A stretch of 48,861 nucleotides of DNA, the filler included, from Catajapyx aquilonaris (taxonomy: Eukaryota): the NCBI GenBank assembly GCA_000934665.2. It is 2 parts of 2 records of this genome, joined end to end, with 100 filler letters (N's around TTAATTAATTAA, not from the genome) between each part and the next. Parts side by side here need not be neighbours in the genome. Positions count along the whole stretch, not along the records: positions 1 to 24,383 come from JYFJ02005525.1; positions 24,484 to 48,861 come from JYFJ02005526.1. One strand, 5' to 3'. Positions within the stretch are counted from its first letter, which is position 1. The number at the start of each line of letters is the position of its first letter. A program made the position numbers and the translations under genes. This document shows positions 22,830-33,800 of the stretch, piece after piece. The notes under the pieces are model-generated. The model did not search any database and was not told the DNA's origin. It saw only the letters and a list, made by a program, of their open reading frames with translations.

Positions 22830-24383
22830 TCAGAGAGGTAGGAGAAATATGCAGACTGCGTCCCTAATCATTCTCCTCGGATCCGAAGTAGTGGTCATCT
22901 GCTGGTCGTTAAAGTGTAGCCAACTACCTTCACCCTTCACTAAAGCAGTGTAGTGGTTGTAATTCATTGAGACTCCATGGTCTAATAGGATTGCACTGCT
23001 TTTGAATTGCTTGAATCCAACTGATATAATATGGTCACTTAGGTCGAAATCTGTTATGCTGGCGTCCGACCTTTCCCCTCCACTTTCATCGTGACATTCA
23101 AGGTGCAGGATGAGGCAACCTTGTACGTTACTTAAAATGCAAGTCTTGGCAGCAACCCCAGTGCGCTTACAAGACGGGCATGGTACTCCTTCGTCCCTCT
23201 GCTGCAACAGGACGAAGAGAGACACACACTCTCTCGGCACGATCAGAGAGAGATACAGCCGAGTTTCCTCTGCCCCTTCCCATCTGGCGTGGCAGAAGGA
23301 ACACTCATATTCATCGTGGCATCGGTGAGTGCCCCAGTCTCTTAGGTGTAGGTACAGGCAAATCTTCGAACAGGAATTCGATGAACTCTAAAGAGTCTTG
23401 CTGTTTCTCCCCGTCGAATCCTCTACCCAGAGCTCTTCTGACCCCGAATGACGAGGGAGCGACGACGTCATTAGTGGCCGGTGCCGTTGTGTTGGACACT
23501 CTCCTCTTCGCAGGGGGACGCTGAGAAGGTCGGTGTTGTGCGAGAGCTGTTTTAGGGCCTTTAAAACGCTGCTGCTTCCCTTCGAGGCCGAGATTCTTGT
23601 CCTGAGGTCTGGCTGCGCGAAGAGACATACCAAGGCAGCGTTGGCATAGCAAGAAACATTTGGACTTGGATTGTCGAACCCCCTAAGTGATATTTCTGAT
23701 GCGGAGGAGACTGCATGTGGCCGCTTCGTTGTTTTCTTGTGTAAGAGCAATGGAGGCATTGATCGGGTCTCCCGGAGTCTATTGTATTCCCTCACTTTGT
23801 CACGCAGCTCACGTTGGCCTTGATGCAGCGTTCATCTAGGTGAAGGATGTATAGTCTGTCCAGCGCCTGGACCCTCGAGAGCGCGACGTACGCCATTCCT
23901 CTTGCGAACACGGACTTGCTGAGGTCCACCAAAGCGGAATCCAGAGTCAGCTCCTGAGATTTTGTGGATGGTGATGGCGTATGCTAGTATCAGTGGGAAC
24001 TGTTTCCTCTCCGCGTATATGTTGGAGCCGAGCTCGAACTTGACAAACACACCTGCAGATATCGACTTTTCGTCGTTTGGGATGTTGTCAAAGTTGATCT
24101 TGACTGACGACGAGATGCGGCGGTTATTCTCCATCCTCCAGCCAGACACGGTGCACATTGCGCCGTTCACCAGTCCTTCCTGCACGTCGATGTTGCGTCG
24201 CAGCATGACGCGGCAACAACCAACTCCCAGGATGAGGACAGTCTCGAGGCCGGCCGTACGCGAGGCGTCCTCTCGCAGTCTAGACTGTGCTTGCTTCCCC
24301 TCTTCCAGCCAGCCTTGTTGCCTGCTGTGAGCTTGTCCTCTGCCTCCAGAAGGACAGTTGTATCCAGGCACGACGCACGAAGC
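22830..24383 (-). pseudogene. Helitron-like PIF1 helicase C-terminus followed by a ubiquitin-specific protease (peptidase C19) domain; frameshifted, 5' end lost in the gap
   Basis: PIF1 motifs: RVMLRRNIDVQEGLVNGA, RKQFPLILAYAITIHK/SQELTLD, GMAYVALSRV. USP motifs: GFDNPSPNVSCYANAAL (Cys box), QQDSLEF, CSFC..CPSC, HGVSMNYNHYTALVK..WLHFND (His/Asp box). Confidence 0.8.
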
Positions 24384-24483
24384 NNNNNNNNNNNNNNNNN
24401 NNNNNNNNNNNNNNNNNNNNNNNNNNNTTAATTAATTAANNNNNNNNNNNNNNNNNNNNNNNNNNNNNNNNNNNNNNNNNNNN
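24384..24483. other. Assembly gap/artificial linker N44-TTAATTAATTAA-N44
   Basis: Exactly 100 bp and symmetric, with a central 12-mer that puts stops in all six frames. Confidence 0.95.
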
Positions 24484-25214
24484 CTCTCTATCCTCCCTCT
24501 CTCTCCCCTCCTCCTCCTCCTCCCCCCCCCGCGCGAGACAGGTGGAAGCTACACAGTCCTAAACATGCCACGGCCGAAGTCTCAGTATATTCCCGATGAT
24601 TTTGACCAGCGCGTGTATTACTCGAGAATCCTCGTATACCCCAGGGATTTGCATAATTTTGCGTCATCCCAAACCCGTACATAGTAGTCATGCGGGCTCC
24701 TCCGTCTAATCGACTCTCCGATAATTGCTTTAATTTTTTTTATATATATTTTTTGAGAAAATGGGCTGTATAATTAAGTGGAGTCGACTGTACATGCACG
24801 TATGCAAGGCGGGAATTCGTCATGGCGAATCATGGAATCTGGAAGAATGTTACCTTCACCCACTATTGCTGCATCCTCCTCCATAATCGAGAATGGAACT
24901 ACCCAGTAGGGAAGCTTTGACAGACTCATGTGTGGTGCAGTATACAGACATCTTGAAATGAGGCGCCTTCTTCCAAAACCCGATAAATCCAAGATAAATG
25001 GTTCCGAGATAATTGAGAAAAAGCTGTGGTGCCGAAGCTAATTAATATTACTAGACCGGCCCAAGTCCATCTGCTACATATGTGGATGCTGCATATGATG
25101 AGCTTTTACAAGAAAATGATCAACATCGTCAAGTCGTAGTTTCAGGAATAGTCGTTGTGGATATATCGATTTTTGCTGCAAAGAGAGTGGATTTGGCGGT
25201 TTTTGCAACATTGA

Positions 25215-25785
25215 GGATGAGGCACAAATATATGGGCGAGTGGCCTTCCGTTCGATTTGCCTGAAATTCGGATATGTTGTAGCCCAGACCATCCTGATCA
25301 ATGTTAGATAGGGACATTTCGAGGTAGGACCTACAGGGAGCGTGCTATTGACCTCCGAAGGTCATATGGGATATGATCTAGTTTTCCATTCGATTTGGCT
25401 GAAAATGGGATATGTTGCAGCCCAGACCATCCTGATCAATGTTGAATAGGGACATTTCGAAGTAGGACCTCCAGGGAGCATGCTAATTGCTATTCATCGA
25501 AGAGGCTAGAAGACTGCTGTGGGAGAAACCTCGCTTCCTAATACATTGGCCCAATGAATGTTGAAGTGCAGCTGGAGGAATGCAATAACCATTGAGTTCC
25601 TGAGTCTTATTGTAGTCTACTACTCCCCCTATTACCTTCGGAGGTCATTAGCATGCTCCCTGTAGGTCCTACCTCGAAATGTCCCTATCCAACATTGATC
25701 AGGATGGTCTGGGCTACAACATATCCCATTTTCAGGCAAATCGAACGGAAGGCCACTCGCCCATATATTTGGTGCCTGATCCTTT
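25215..25785. repeat. Cluster of about 110-130-bp repeat units: two direct copies and one inverted copy
   Basis: ttcgatttg.ctgaaa..ggatatgttg.agcccagaccatcctgatcaatgtt..atagggacatttcga.gtaggacct occurs at about 25250 and 25390; its reverse complement is at about 25635-25785. Confidence 0.7.
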
Positions 25786-27515
25786 GAAAACCCAGTGGTG
25801 ACTCCATTACAGGAACATCAGCTTCAGGGTCGTGGCTGAAAGTGGTGTGAAGCAGAGTCGGAGTGATTATGATAATCATTGTGAATATTTCAGTCAAGTA
25901 TCATAACAGCATTACCAGCATAACTGGTATTTTTATGTATAGAGTCTTCATTTACCTGGGTCCCGCCACGGGTTCATCCGGCACGTACATCTTGGAGCAG
26001 GAACCTATGTAGTCTGACTGCCAGACGACTGCCTTGACAAAGAACGCGTACGGGAGGAAGCACGACTCACTGTGGTGCCATGTGTAGCTTAGAGATGGAT
26101 TTGTCTGAGTACGAAAGATATCCCAGGCCAACTAGAGCTGTTCACGCTGGATTTGTCGGGTTATGGATGATTCGGTGGATTTGTCGGTTTTAGAAACATA
26201 GAATATGAACTTCCTGCCTGCATTTGTCGGGTTTTGCATGATCGGCCTCTTTTCTTCAGGCCATTACAGCCGCATTTGTCGATGTTTGCTGAATATTTTG
26301 TCGTTACGTGATGAAACACATCTTGAAGAACATATTTCCACCCTTAACTCATTTTTTTTGGAAATTGGATTTGTCGGGTTTTGGAAGAAGGTGCCTCAAA
26401 TAATTGTCACCACCCCATGGATTGCATATGCTATGACTCATGAATATGATGTGCCATACACAGAAAGCGTTAAGTGTTGGCAGCTGACAACTCCGTTCTC
26501 GTATGTTTCTAGGCGGAATTATAATAAATGAAGGCACATTGTCTGTTGGTGAGGGTGGCAGGGGACATCGAAAGTTGCATACTTCCGATTTTGGTACGAT
26601 TGGCTCTGTAGAGTGGATTACAAGCAGGCAAAGACTGAAGTGTAGCAAGGTAAAATTATGTATGGGTGCAGAAATATACTGGTACTCGAATCGAAACAAA
26701 ACAGTTACTGACATTCCACTGACAAGATCAGTCTGAATGGGTCTTTCAAACAATTAGTGATAATTTTGATGTGGTGATTCCATGAATGGTGTACTTTAAT
26801 CCATAATAATGATGGTTATAGTTACCTTGTGATCTGATGGCCCCTTAGGGATCCTATTTTATCCTCCAAATTTATTATACTACAGTGTGGATGAATTTTT
26901 GAGAGTGGGAGGAAGCGTTCATCCTAAATTAATTACCAGAGATAATATCATTACTTCAGACTTTAGCCCTTGTTCTATTGGGTCATTCAATTGTTTGCTA
27001 AGATGGGCGTGGTAATATGACGAGCCATGCATCCTACATGTAATGGGTGAACAAGTTTGATAAATTCTTATGGAGTTACAAGACAGCGTGTTTGTTGGCC
27101 AAGGACTATAAATGATTTAAACAGATTCCTTACAAATACGTGGAGAGGGCTCTAACTGAAAATAAGAAGAAGATGCTTGGTCAGGCGGTATTTTGAAAAG
27201 AGATCTTTGTGAGATAACCAGGCCATGATTGAGAGTGAATGCCTCTGTATAGGAGGCACTCATTCATTTGGGTCTGTTGTAATGAGAGGGGTGGATTGGA
27301 GACCCTTCTGCGGGAACATCCTCTTTCAACTTAGTATGTGTAGGAGTTGCGAGTGACTTAAGGTAGTAATCAGCTAGTTGACTTGATGAAGTAAAGGCAT
27401 CAGGGTAGTTGTTATTACCAAAAGAGAATGTGTATTTAAGAGCAGATGAGTAATTTTCGTATTTTAATGTGATAAAAGTGAGCAAATGAGTGTTGTTGTT
27501 CTCATTCATAAGTGT

Positions 27516-27575
27516 AATCAGCATGTTTGTCATTTATGCCAGTAATTACTGGCATAAATGACAAACATGCTGATT
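27516..27575. repeat. Perfect 60-bp palindrome with no spacer
   Basis: aatcagcatgtttgtcatttatgccagtaa|ttactggcataaatgacaaacatgctgatt. Confidence 0.95.
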
Positions 27576-27754
27576 TGGCTCAGAATTCTATTTACAAATG
27601 AAAAGCCTACGTGTAGGGGAGGATGCACAGTTCTTTTAAATACCAATCCCAATACATGACATTTCTCTATAACAGGGGTGGTCAGAAATGAATGAGACTC
27701 AAGTCAATTAACAAAAGATAAGACTTCACAAGGTGAAGTGATAAAATCTAACTC

Positions 27755-28334
27755 ACAAGGGAAGGTCACAGGGTGATAATGACGGATCTTGATGAAATTT
27801 AACATGCTAATACAGGACAATATATGATACCCAAAAATGAAATATTTCGTGCGGAGGCCGATATTTGCAAAAGTTATGACGTCTTAAAGTTCCAAAAAAA
27901 CCCATTTTCATTAAGTTCATAATGGGATTACATTAGCGACCACATATAAGACCACATTGAAGTGTGTAATCAGTTTCTACACTTTGTCTCATCGGAAAAA
28001 AGTCCTACATAACGGCTCTGTATCTCTTACGGTTTAGGCCTTGATACCTGTCCACAGACGGACGGACGGACAGACAGAGCTGTTCTGTAGGACTTTTTTC
28101 CTATGAGAAAAAGTGTAGAAACTGATTACACACTTCAATGTCATTATATGTGGTCCCTAATGTAATACCATTATGAATGAAAATGTATTATTTTTGGAAC
28201 TTTAAGCCGTCATAACTTTTGCAAATATGGGCCTCCGCACGAAATATTTCATTTTTGGGTATCATATATTGTCCTGTATTAGCATGTTAAATTTCATCAA
28301 GATCCGTCATTATCACCCCGCGACCTTCCCTTGT
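27755..28334. mobile_element. Foldback element with about 250-bp inverted arms and a central (GACR)n microsatellite
   Basis: Termini acaagggaaggtc... and ...gaccttcccttgt; arms about 27755-28009 and 28086-28334; centre acagacggacggacggacagacag. Confidence 0.75.
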
Positions 28335-29045
28335 CAGTATAAACAATAAAGAGCAACTTGGAAAATTCAAATCAGCCCCAATCTATAACACTAGCCTATC
28401 AACAGAACAGCACATATGTAAATTGGCTCACATGATCCTATCAGGTCAGTGCTCAATATGAAACAAATTCATTTTCTATTTATATATTTTAATGTATTAT
28501 TATTTTTACCCTGTAACAACACTTCTGCCTTGAATGGCCAATATTATGTGCATATAATCAGGGTCATAAATTGCATTGAATTTTCACTGGACACTTTTAC
28601 CCATTGGCGGCAGAATTAATAAATATCAGTAAATAACACATTCAGGATAGAATAATATGGAAATCCAGGTAACTGAGACTATACTGTACCTCATTTGAAT
28701 GGGTATCACAGTGCAAGCAGTAGTAAGCAGTCATCGTGTTAAATGTCAGTTGTAGTAAACAATATGCAACTAAATAGGCTGCCACGTGTTCGTGAGAGTT
28801 TTGTTGCCGTTCATTGGTAGCCTCTCGCAATCAAAAGCCACCATCAGTGCAGTGATTGAATAAAGTCAGTGGAGTTAAAAGAACATACCATAAAAAGCTA
28901 TAGTCTACCTATCACAGGGTATCTTATCATCATCATCATCATTGGGGTGCCACATACCATTCCTGTAAAAATAGAATCACCCTGTAGAATGTAATTCATG
29001 ATGATTTGTGAGGCATGTAACAACACTACATTGTTTCTCTTGCAG

Positions 29046-30793
29046 AGTCCCTACTGTCTCCCCTTGGTGCAACACCAGACAATCGAGATGAGGCCTTATC
29101 TGCCCAAGATCAAAGGATTCTGTCTTTGGAGAAACAGCTCAACATTGAGCTTAAAGTAAGACTGGGTGACCAGAGAGTATCCTATTTGCTTTCATAGTTT
29201 CATAAAAGATGAGTGTATACTATTCAGAATGCTCCAATTGTCTTCAACAGTTATACAGAGTGTTCAAACAGAATTATCCATAGTGGTTATATAGTCATTC
29301 TTCACAATAAGCTACTTCTTTTAAGTTACTTTGAACAGTTACTACGTATACAGTTGAATCAGGATATAATAGCCTCAGCTATAACAGACTTTTGGATATA
29401 ACAGACTCTAAAGCCTGGTCCCTGCATACGTCCATATATGGTTTGTGTATTCGGCTATAACAGACCTTGGTTATAACGGACTGATCTCCGCTGTCCCTTG
29501 AAGTCTGTTATATCCTGATTCAACTGTAATAGCAATGTATTAGCTACTGTATTAGGTTGAATGGAAGCATTCAGATCCAGAATTGTGATAAATTTTTAAC
29601 CTCAAGATATTGTAAGTGACCTTGTCTGACCCACTGGCCTTTGAGGTCTGTGGTTGGACCCATTAGTCCCTCCTGCATTAGTTTAAAAGCATGCTCCAAT
29701 TTGAACAAATATTAAAAGCTAATATTTGAGATAACCTGTAAAAGTCGCTGTATGAAAGCAGCTCCTTAAAAAGTAGCAACTTGGTACTCAGGACAACTCA
29801 GTTGGCACACACGTTATATACCACTCTTCAAAAGTAAGCATCACATAACTGTCTAAGCAGATTTTGTAAGCCTGTGTAGAACATTCTCATTGACTTTCTC
29901 CATTTCTTGGTCACTCACTAGTTTCTTGCACGCCAAAGATTCTCTGGAGGTTGCAAAACATGTGAATGTCACTTGATGCAAGATCTGGATCATAGTCTCG
30001 ACTGAGTGGATGCTCAGAGATATCCAAAACCAGTATATGGAAGTGAAGGTCATATTGCTCTAGGATGCCTGGTTAGGGCTCACGAGGTCTCCAAAGTTTG
30101 GACCAAATCATGATGTCACATCCACCCGCGAAATTCAAACATTACCATATCGCTACAGTACACGGTTTGTTGTCAGGCGTTGCCATGTTGACACCCCCCA
30201 CATTTTCACCAGACAATGGAACCGTATAAACTGGCGGGGACGTTGCCATACAGTCGTCGCCGTGTGCCTGGCAACGTCCCTGCGAGTTTATACGGTTTCA
30301 TTGTTTGGTGAAAATGTGGGGGATATCAACATGGCAACGCCTAGCAACACACCGCGTACGGTAGCGATACGGTAGTGTGTGACGTCATGATTTGGTCCAA
30401 ACTTTGGAGGCCTCGTGAGTTCTAACCAGGCCTCGTAGAGCAATATGACCTTCACTTCCATATACTGGTTTTTCACAAGGAATCTCGCTACCTGAAGCTT
30501 GTGCGCCATTTACCGACCACCCTGTATATTTTTGCCCTTACTTTTGGTGGAGAAAATAATGTAGGCTTCTAATTCCTTCTAATGTCCTTTCAGGCTCTAA
30601 ATTGAAATAATATTTCACAAATTAGGTGTAGGGAACAATATTGGCATCTGAGTCTCAGAGTAGAAGTCCTTCCTTCCAGTAGCCCCTGCCCTTCAGCGTG
30701 TAACTAAATATTTTAAATTAGTTTATCAGATAGAACATGGCGATGTCATGTAATTTCTTAGTAGTGTACTTGTGTGTAATTGGGCACAATAGG

Positions 30794-30871
<78 letters not shown>

Positions 30872-33800
30872 TGGCAACTGTGCTGAATGTGATTGAACAT
30901 ATGCAATAGGATAATCAATAGGGCTCTTCATAGATTGACCGTGGTTTAGCACCAGTGCAGTGTAAGCACTGCATCAGGTGTAAGCCTGGTATTGCACCAG
31001 TGCAATGCTGGCTGCATGCTTGATTTTGATCGATTTAGGTCGATTTTGACCGTTTGATGTCATTACACTACACTCGGGCTTCACTGCACTGCCCATTACA
31101 CTACACTTCCCAATAAATGAATTGACTTAATGCAGTTCACATTCACAGACATCAAAAAACTCTAGCTGTTAACAAATTAAGCATGTATCAGCGTATTTGG
31201 TTGCAAGAGAATGGTTTCACTATGATATTTATGGAACACAACTATTCTGCAGTAGAAAAATAAGGGTTGGTCAGGTTCATTTAGTGGCGTGTTAGTATGT
31301 GCCTTTCAAAACTTTATGGTGTTTACATTTGCTGTTCTAGGTGAAACAAGGCGCGGAGAATATGATACAGAGCTACAGCAGTGGCCATTCACGTGACAAG
31401 AAGCTGTTAGCTGAGGCACAACAAATGTTGGCCGATTCAAAAGCCAAGATTGAGTACCTCAAGATGCGAATTGTGAAGGCAAAGCAGAGCAAGCAAGATG
31501 GGCACCATGCCCGAGCGGACAACAAATTTAAAGGCAATTATTGCTCATTGCTAAGTTCACCATTATTTTATGAATGTGTTGTAACAAGTGATTTACAATA
31601 TTTCAGAGAGGTCTTTTGAACCAGGCCTTACTACTCCACTAGAAGTGAGGGTGGAGGAGCTCAGACATCATCTAAGGATTGAATCAGCTGTGGTCGAGGG
31701 AGCAAAGAATGTAATTCGCCTACTACAGAGCAATAAGGTTGCAGACAAGAAGGCACTTCAAGAGGTGAGTCCTTCAGTTTTTAAAATAATCATTGAGTAA
31801 GTATCAGTTGGGAGTGTATGGTTTAAGGTGTTTTTATGACAGGCGATCTGCATAGATATCAGCAGGTGTGGAAATATTCGGATGCAAAGGTGCAATTTGA
31901 ACTCCAACATTGTCATCTGCACTCCAAACTGAGCCTTGGAGTGCAAAGTTTGCACTCCAATGGGTTCTGCTTTTAAACATTGGCTATACCCAATAATTAA
32001 AAATTAACCACTCCAAGTAAGCGATTTGCACTCCAGATTAAAGTCTGGAGTGCAAACTCTGCATCTGGACAAAACTTTTAAAATTCGACCCCTGATATCA
32101 GTGTTGATGGAAATCATTGAATATTTCTTAGGTGTTTGAAACACACTTTAGAGAATGCAGTCCGTATTCATATGTAAACATAGCAATGTGACAACTCTGC
32201 TAAGTATCTCAGCATTAATACTGATGATAATTACCATTTGTTGTTGGTGACGCTGTTGTTCAAAATACCTGATCTTGTATATTGATATCACATCTCAATG
32301 GAAAACAAGTTTATTTTGTAAGTATTCAACCAAAAAGGATCTCAGTATGTTGAAGTCATCACTTTTATATGATGCTTCACTCTCATGCAAGCAATTGCTT
32401 ATTCATCCTTTAATGTAATGTTATTTTTCCTGCTGATTATTTTTGGAGTTGCAATATTATGCCCTGGTGTTTCATACTGGAAGCACCAATGTAACATGGT
32501 TCTCAGGGTTCCCTTCAGTCAGATTGGCCAGACAGAATTTTTGCAAGTTTATCATGTCAAGTGATGTACACAGTAGGCCTATATTTGAAACAGATTTGTT
32601 ATTTTCACTGCTCATGTAACATGGGGCTATTTTCTAGAAGTGAATGTTATCACAGGCAGGTTAAAAAAATGTAATGGAAGTGTTGAAATACCCAAAATGT
32701 TACTTCCTGGCATGCACGCTACGTAGTGCATTCAGATGCAGCCCTTTGACTGGAGATGAGGGATTAGTTGAAGGAGGGGCTAGGAGTAGTAAATGTGGCT
32801 GCGACTACAAAGTTACAAACACTCGCCTTTAATAGATGGATGGCATGCAGTATTGAGAGATTGCATGATGTGAGATAGGGAATACTTTCCCAGGAGTACC
32901 GTACATGTACCTCAATTCAGCATACTTGCGTACATGATTGTAGAACTTGACTATGTGAAACTAGTCTTTCAGCTCAATTTTTATAGTGGCAGCTTGCATT
33001 GACAGGTATTCGTGTTGCAATGGTACAAACGTGGTTAGTGAAGTGTGTGTTTATTGCCAATTTATTATTCTTTGGCACTGGAATTATATATAGTGCCTCT
33101 TAGTAACCTACTATGCAGCCTTACTTAGCATGACTAGGTGTGACATGGGATGGGAGTGGGGGATGTTGAAAAGGGCAAAGGTCAGTGGGGGACCTGCCTT
33201 ATGGACTACCCCTTATTGGAGGAAATGATTGTGCAGTAGTTGGGAGAGGAGTGGTACTGAACAGAAAAAGGCCTGAAAATGTGGGAAAGATGGAGTGAGA
33301 GACCAGCTCTGGTCACATGTGATACAAATCTCCGCTGACAAATCTTGGCCAAATCACCTGTGATGTCACAAGGGACAATATGCAACTGCCTGTGACAAAT
33401 GAGGGGTGTGGTGGGAAAAGGTGATAACCCACAAAAGTGTAATTTTTCAGGAGAGCGAATTTAAGTTTGCACTCTCTTCACCAATAATAAGGAATGCTGG
33501 TTTTGATCTAGTCAGTGTTGCCATCTCGTGCATGATACGTGAAATTTATTTCACCATAGCCTTAAGTAACTCTTCTAGTTTCTATGTTGGTGAGTATTTA
33601 TGCCACTCGCATAGGCCAAAGGTCTCATTCATTGTAAACAAACGCTTACTGCACAAATTTAAATACACATAGCTCCCTGCCGCATATTTCCCGGTAAGTG
33701 GACGTGCAGCTGAAAACCATTTAAAAATTACAGAAATTCTGCTACTTTTCGCCCGGGGAAAAATCAGAACGATCTGTCAAGGGTACGCAAACTACCCCGC

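Noticed and set aside
24770..26085. Possible minus-strand exons (e.g. 25957-26080 ending CCCAG|GTAAAT)
   Set aside because: No recognisable protein motif or consistent exon chain, and the region is interrupted by repeats.
30718..30918. Poly-Ile ORF
   Set aside because: It is the translation of the (ATT)n microsatellite.
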